The notes beneath the pieces were generated by a model, which was not told the origin of the DNA, searched no databases, and was given only the letters and a program-made list of their open reading frames with translations. This document shows, in pieces, positions 57,654 to 64,000 of a DNA stretch of 64,000 nt; position 1 is the stretch's first letter; every line of letters begins with the position of its first letter. The stretch comes from Selaginella moellendorffii. Lineage: Eukaryota > Plantae > Lycopodiophyta. The stretch covers positions 65,337-129,336 of the forward strand of contig NW_003314439.1 of NCBI RefSeq assembly GCF_000143415.4, in the 5' to 3' direction. Both the position numbers and the translations under genes were made by a program.

Positions 57654-59995
57654 ATGGCTTACTCGGGGAGTGGAAGAAGAAGACGAAGAAGAAGAATCCA
57701 TTTTCATCCGCTGGTTCTTCCCTTTCTCTGGATCTCGCTCGCCATCCCAATCCAAGGATCGCCGCGGGCGGAGGAAGCGCAAGCATCACCAGATTGCGTC
57801 TATCGCTGCGGCAACACCACAGTGCCCTATCCCTTCTTCATCGCTCCCAGCTCGCCTCCTCCATCGCATCACTCCTGCGGGCACCTCAAGCTCCATTGCG
57901 AGCACGGCACGCTCAAGCTCAAGATCAGCGCCGCCAGCTACCGCGTCCTGGGCTTCACTCGCAGCAACGTGATCATCATCGACCCACAAGGATGCGGCGG
58001 TGGCGGTGGCGCCGGCGTTGGTGGCGCCGCTACCGCCCCTTCCTCCTTCACGATCTCCAACAACACAAACTACGCCCTCTCCTTTGGGAACCTCCTCATG
58101 CTCTACGGCTGTACGAACAACACCGCGTGCTACAACAACTGCAATTTCAACAGCCGCGCGGTACACTGGCCGTACGCCGCCGGTGGGCAGCACGGCTGCG
58201 GCGTGACGCCGCAGTGCTGCTACGACCTCCAGTTCGCCAGCCTTACCGCGCTGCGCGACATCGACCTGGGCAGCTTCAATTGCTCGGGCTTCTCGAGCCT
58301 GGTGACTACTTTCAAGGAGAAGGGCGAGGACGTGAGCGTGGAGGCCAGGGAGGGATTGGGGCTCGAGTGGTGGCTCAATGGTAGCTGCCCGGCGGCGGCG
58401 GGGGTGGCGGCGGCGGAGGGGAGTTTGTGCGCCAGGAATGCAATGTGTGTGGCGGGGACGTTTGGAGGGCATACGTGTAGGTGTGAGGAGAAGTTCCACG
58501 GGGACCCTTACCGCGCGGGGTGCCGCCCAGGTATGTTGGAAGCCGTGCGGTACGCTAATGTTGGTTGTGTCGTGTGTTCTATGTAGATGGCCGGCGGCAT
58601 TCCAAGGTCGTGCGAGGATCGATCATGTTTGCGGGTAAGTTACGTTGGATCTTTAGATCGTTGTATGGATTGTATGTGTTGGTCTTGGCTGAGGTCATGA
58701 ATGCACACGCACGATCTTCCAAGGTCTTCTTTGATCTCGTTGATCTTCTTGGTTGAGCGTCACTCATTCCATCCATGCACGATCGAGAGAGCTGACTCGT
58801 GGGTCTTGAAACAGGGATTCTCGCTGGAGCTACAGTTCTAGCAGCGGTGGTGATCGCGCTGGCGCTGCTCGCCGCCCGCTCGCGCCATCACCGCCGCCGC
58901 CTGTCCACCACCTTCCGCAGCATGCGCGACGCCAAGCAGCTCGCCAAGCTCGTCTCGCGCACCGGCAGCTCCAAGGCTGTCACCCTCTTCTCCTACAAGG
59001 ACCTGGAGCGCGCCACCAAGGACTTCTCCCCGGCCCAGATGCTCGGCCATGGCGGCCACGGCACCGTCTACAAGGGCAAGCTCCCGGACGGCCGCGACGT
59101 CGCGGTGAAGCGCATCAATCACATAAGCTCCCACGGGATCGAGCAAGTTCTCAACGAGGTGAAAGTTTTGCTGAGCGTCAGCCACCCCAATCTCGTCCAG
59201 CTCCTGGGCTGCTGCCTCGAGGTCTATGATCCGCTCCTCGTCTACGAGTTCGTCCCCAATGGGACGCTGGCGGAGCACCTCCAGCGGGAGCGCGGCGATG
59301 GGCTGGACTGGTTCACCCGGGTGGCGATCGCGGCGGAGGCGGCACAGGGCATCGCGTATCTTCACTCGCGCTCGCCGCCGATTTACCACCGCGACGTAAA
59401 GTCAACGAACATTCTCCTGGACGGTGAGTTCAACACGAAAGTTGGCGACTTTGGGCTGTCGCGGACGGCGCTGACCGAGGCCAGCCACGTGTCGACCGCG
59501 CCGCAAGGCACGCCCGGGTACGTGGACCCGGACTACCACCAGAGCTTCCAGCTGTCCGACAAGAGTGACGTGTACAGCTTCGGGGTGGTGCTGGTGGAGA
59601 TGATCACTAGCATGAAGGTGGTTGACTTCACGCGCGACAAGCGGGAGGTCAACCTGGCGGCGCTGGCGGTCGGCAAGATCGCCACCGACTGCCTGGATGA
59701 GATCATTGACCCGGCGCTCATGATCCAGGCGTGCAGGAACCCGGTGGTGAGGTGTATGATCCAGAGGATGGCGGAGCTCGCGTTTCGGTGCCTGGCGCAC
59801 GAGAAGGACGCGAGGCCGAGCATGGCGGAGGTTTTTGACGAAGTGGAGGGGATCCGGCATTCGTGCCTCTCGCCCGGGGATCACTCGCCCATCCGGGACA
59901 TCAAGATCGATGAGGTAAAGATCTCTGTTCGTGGCTCTGTTGATGATTGTGATTTTGCGTTTTTGTTCTTCCAGAGCTTGCTGACTCCAAGGTGA
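57654..59995 (+). CDS. Wall-associated-kinase-like receptor kinase, 4 exons
   Basis: Exons 57654-58530, 58587-58634, 58815-59914 and 59975-59995. GUB_WAK domain CGNTTVPYPF, EGF CRCEEKFHGDPY, transmembrane segment, GHGGHGTVYKG, HRDVKSTN, DFG and GTPGYVDPDY. Confidence 0.95.
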
Positions 59996-60203
59996 TGGGA
60001 AAGGCGGGAGGGACTAACTTGTAGATAGACAAATAAAAACGAGAAAAATGCTTGTAAATGCAGAAAAAATGGAGGAAATGTTTAGGCGGGAACTCTTTAA
60101 AGTCAATGGTAGTCAACACTATAGCGTCAGCGTGGGTTTACTCGACATCTTCATATTAGATCTGAGCTTCTTCGGTTTGCAATCAGCACTTGCCAACACA
60201 TCA

Positions 60204-60266
60204 GGATCCTAGTAGCGCGTCTGACTCCAGATCAGAAGGCTGCGTGTTCGAGTCACGCCGGGTTCA
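60204..60266 (+). pseudogene. tRNA-Trp(CCA) pseudogene lacking the 5' half of the D-arm/A-box
   Basis: GGATCC..GTAGCGCGTCTGACTCCAGATCAGAAGG.TGCGTGTTCGA.TCACG.CGGGTTCA matches plant tRNA-Trp but is only 63 nt long. Confidence 0.85.
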
Positions 60267-61263
60267 TTATGTTGGTTTCATGATGTGTGAATGATTTCCT
60301 AACATTTGGCCATTTGGTCATTTGGTCCACCCCTCTTGCAAATGCCCACTTTGGGCATAGCATTTTCACAAGTGATTCATTAAGAAACTCATCCCACCCC
60401 TTGAAGCGTATCTAGATTCTCTGGTGGGCACATGCATGGAAATCCATAAAGTGCTGTTCCTCACACTAAAAACTTTGCCACAGGCTTTCTTTTTGGGTGA
60501 TGTTTACCAGAAGCATTTGATTTAGCAGTGGATCTACAAGCTTGGATCACCCATGATCAGAGATCTATCTATATAAATCAATCTATGGCTGATCGATTGA
60601 TTGGTGATCTTAGCTGTATGTTTTAACTCGTTTGGTGGTGTGTTTCAATTGAAGATCATACGACCTGCAATGTCTTTTTCCTTGAACACCACAACAAGAA
60701 GGATAGAAAAGGCTCAAAAGAATGAGATGGAAGCATAGAAGAACTTTAAAACTCACATAATCATAGCAGGAGTTTGGAAATTCCCAATTTTTCCAGTTAT
60801 ACTCATCCAACTGGCCATATTATTGACGGATCCTGACCACAAAGACCTTAGAAATGGCCCCACTCATATAACTGATCTAATATGGCATGCTAGTGTGATG
60901 TGGCAAGTATGACTTCTATATCATTTAGGAGTTTCTATCATTCCTCCCAATAGTAGTTGTTATAATAACCACATTATTTAGTTTGTTAAGTCAAACACTT
61001 TTATAGATCACACCCTTAAATCTTTAAGAAAAGCCTTATATTGTTCCCAGTCATTCCTTTATTAACCCTTTTCTATCCACCACATTACATCCATGCTGTA
61101 GAGGAGGGGAACTGACTCATGGCATATCTATTGCATCATGGGTCAGTGAGTCATGGGAATGCAGTAGCTTAAGCTGGTAGGTGTAGGTTTTACCATGATG
61201 TTAGGTCTCATTGGTCTCTACCCAACCTAAACCCAATTGATCTAGCCATTCATAGGTTAAACA

Positions 61264-61290
61264 GGGCGGGGAGGGGGGGGCGGGGGGGGG
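61264..61290 (+). repeat. G-rich tract, potential G-quadruplex
   Basis: gggcggggaggggggggcggggggggg: four G-runs with 1-nt loops. Confidence 0.7.
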
Positions 61291-62349
61291 CATATAGCCC
61301 TTGTTGGAGGACTGCACCCCAACATGTTGTAGAATGTGGGGAGGACAGATGGCTCAGGGTGAAAGGCTAACTAAGATTGGAGATAGCTAGTTTTCCGCAA
61401 AATATATTTTTGTAGAGTGTCTCGAGAAGTGGGCTGGGGGTAGAGAACCAGGTGGGGGCTGGCACCTCGCACAACCATGCCCACCTGGCAAAATTGAAGA
61501 CGGGCATTATATGCTCTCTGTGCAGATAGAGTCTAGGTGTGAAGATCCAGGCTAGAGAGGGGAAGAGCCCATATCATTCACTAAGGTCTTGAAGTGATCA
61601 TTGCGTGGGGGCACACGAGAGTGAAGGGTGGTATTTGGCAATGAAGCCAAATACCACTCTAGGAGGTGGGCTTGGAAGCAACTATCATGTAAGAGAATGC
61701 ATACTAGTTCATTGGGAAAGTGGATTTGACCAATCATGATTGGGGCAGAAGTGGCTCACCAACATGATGAGACCCACAATCAGTAACACTCCCCACCACT
61801 TTGCCGGACGAAGGGGCATGGCCCCATGAGTGTTAGTAGCGAAACGTTTTGTTTTTGATGTGCTGCTCCCAAATGGCTGGTGTGCTAGGAACACAGAAGT
61901 GAAAATGCTGACATGAGTAAGGATCAATGGAGAGTGTGACTTGCATCACTAGTAGTGGCCAAGTTTTCACATACAATGGATTCACACATACTTAAATGGC
62001 CCTTGAGACACACCAAGAGGGCTGATGATGGGGACCACACCTTAGACGCACGGATGCCCACACAAGAATGTCATATCTACTACTGACTAGGCAGATGGTT
62101 CAATGCTAGGTATGGTGGGTTTGGGGAGCTGATCGTGCCTTGATCAATACGGGATCCAGGGGCAAAGCAGACACTTTTGGGAATGGTGGTAGGGGCAGTG
62201 ATCTTGGGTTTGCCTGGGGAGTGGCCATGGCCAGGTTCAAGTGGGGGTGGGGTCGAAGGGCTATACATGACCATCTCCTGATTGTGGGTTTGATCCACCT
62301 TTCCCCGGCACATCCTAGCAGCCCACCCTACACCCTAGCATGCCTTGAA

Positions 62350-62567
62350 TGTGAGACATAAATCCCTAAGCCCCAAAGTGGAGCCAAAAATGTGCTATAT
62401 AGCAGTGGCCAAAGTAGAAGCCTAAGTAGTGTAACATGTTTGGACCAAAAGCTCCAACTCAAAAAGTCAAGAGTAAGAGTGCAACTCTAAAAGAAGTGCT
62501 TAAGGAATGAGTACGAAATGATTGGTGAATGAGTCTTTAGAAAAGGGACATAAGAGGTCTAACACAT
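62350..62567. mobile_element. Old, CpG-decayed copy of the LTR-like terminus that starts at 63068
   Basis: Both begin TGTGAGACA..AATCCCTA.GCCCCAAAGTGGAGCC and align over about 220 bp, with many transition differences. Confidence 0.65.
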
Positions 62568-62744
62568 TGTAGCGCACCTTATCTCTCTCCCCTTAAGCCA
62601 ACTGGAAAAGGGGCAATTGCTTAATGAGAGAGCCCTTAGTGGCTATTTTATCCCCATTTATCTCCCAAGGTTCCAAGGATCCACGGTGACAGTATATCCA
62701 AATCTCATCCCATGATCACATGCGCTACACTCACCCCCCCTTCA
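62568..62744 (-). mobile_element. 3' LTR (162 bp) and polypurine tract of a Gypsy-like element
   Basis: Terminal inverted repeats TGTAGCGCA (62568) and TGCGCTACA (ending 62729). The minus-strand PPT GAAG(G)nTGAG abuts the LTR. Confidence 0.7.
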
Positions 62745-63067
62745 GAGATGTCAATGTCCTTATTGACTATTGACTAACAACCCCTACTGAGCCAAGGGGA
62801 ACTAACACCTCCATTTCCGCACTCAATCTACCATCCTTCTATTGTGTAGACTAACTATTCCATGTGAGGCAACTAGTCATCCACCCGTACTGCAGTCCCA
62901 CGGTGGATACCTTCGTCCGTGGATACTCCACACAAGAGGAAGGACATACGCATGGATGCCCAATACGTATAATATCAAATTTAGGGGTAGGAATATACCT
63001 TGCTCAAGGGTATATTATACTTTTAAGTAGCCACTAATCAATGGGAATCGAACCCGTGCCATTTGCT

Positions 63068-64000
63068 TGTGAGACACAAAATCCCTAGGCCCCAAAGTGG
63101 AGCCGGAAGGGCGCCACATGGTAGTGGCCGAAGCGAGAGCCAAACGAGCGTAACACGTTTGGACCAAAAGCTTCGACTTGAAAAGTCAAAAGCGGGAGTG
63201 GAACTCCCAATGAAGTGCTCGAGGAACAAGCACAAAACGAGCAAAAGGCGAGGCTCCAAAAAGGGACCCAAAAGGACCAACACATGACACGTGGGAGTGT
63301 CCGAGATGGACCCGAGATGGAGTCCGAGATGGAGTCCGAAGTGGAGTCCGAGGTGGACCCGAGATGGAGTCCGAGATGGAGTCCGAAGTGGAGTCCGAGG
63401 TGGACCCGAGATGGACCCGAGTTGGAGTCCGAAGTGGAGTCCGAGATGGACCCGAGATGGAGTCCGAGATGGAGTCCGAGATGGAGTCCGAGGTGGACCC
63501 GAGATGGACCCGAGTTGGAGTCCGAAGTGGAGTCTGAGATGGACCCGAGATGGAGTACGAGATGGAGTCCGAGATGGAGTCCGAGGTGGACCCGAGATGG
63601 ACCCGAGCTGGAGTCCGAAGTGGAGTCCGAGATGGACCCGAGATGGAGTCCGAGATGGAGTCCGAGATGGACCCGAGATGGACCCGAAATGGAGTCCGAG
63701 ATGGAGTCCGAGATGGAGTCCGAGATGGACCCAAGATGGAGTCCAAGATGGACCCGAGATGGAGTCCGAGATGGAGTCCGAGATTGAGTCTGAAGTCGAG
63801 ACCGAGACCGGGACCGAGACCAAGACCGAGACCGAGACCGAGATCGGGACCGAGGCCGAGGCCGAGGCCGAGCCCGAGCCCGAGCCCGAGCCCGAGTCCG
63901 AATCCGAGTCTGAGTCCGAGTCCGAGTCCGAGTCCGAGTCCGAGTCCGGAGCCTAAGAGGGTGACAGCCCAAAGCGTTCGTCTCCCAGACCCTGGGGGGT
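63068..64000. mobile_element. Younger LTR-like element terminus carrying an internal satellite; continues past the window
   Basis: TG start, CpG-rich, and paralogous to 62350-62567. Confidence 0.55.
63301..63950. repeat. Minisatellite of 12/11-bp units (GAGATGGAGTCC / GAGATGGACCC) with a 93-bp higher-order repeat, followed by hexamer arrays
   Basis: Variant units recur at 63419, 63512 and 63605 (93-bp spacing). GAGACC, GAGGCC, GAGCCC and GAGTCC runs follow to about 63947. Confidence 0.95.

Noticed and set aside
60300-62340. Short ORFs as genes or a named transposon
   Set aside because: CpG-depleted, decayed-looking sequence with no motif I could assign.
63038-63972. Several long overlapping ORFs and a superficially CRISPR-like repeat array
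   Set aside because: The ORFs arise from largely stop-free satellite units. There are no unique spacers and no cas genes, and the DNA is plant nuclear.

Overview
Eukaryotic land-plant nuclear DNA, not prokaryotic. Very short GT-AG introns (about 43-60 nt), genes only tens of bp apart, GC-rich coding sequence and many PLS-class PPR genes point to the lycophyte Selaginella (inference). Intact-looking genes in order: A1 aspartic protease (cut by the window start), ACHT thioredoxin, type-B response regulator, a plant hypothetical protein, PAC1, a GID1/CXE-family carboxylesterase, tRNA-Ser(GCT), an FNBP4-like WW protein, two PPR genes (one DYW), a SABATH methyltransferase, a CONSTANS-like BBX-CCT gene, a third PPR gene, an At5g65660-like membrane protein, Pur-alpha, SMC2, a secreted protein with a C-terminal bulb-type lectin, PRD2/MPS1, a fibrillin-like plastid protein and a WAK-like kinase. 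The 7-20 kb region is AT-rich DNA plus a mosaic of broken gene fragments (Crinkler-like NTPase, two inverted RBM19 pieces, PPR). The 60-64 kb region holds a tRNA-Trp pseudogene, nested LTR remnants and a satellite with a 93-bp higher-order repeat. The most notable structure is a very young Ty1/Copia element (49627-54150). It has identical 140-bp LTRs, a 5-bp target-site duplication, an extra upstream coiled-coil/CxxC-CxxC ORF and an in-frame integrase deletion. It splits an otherwise intact, intronless, microbial-type 2OG-Fe(II) oxygenase gene (987 codons when rejoined). All family calls come from motif recognition; no database searches were run.
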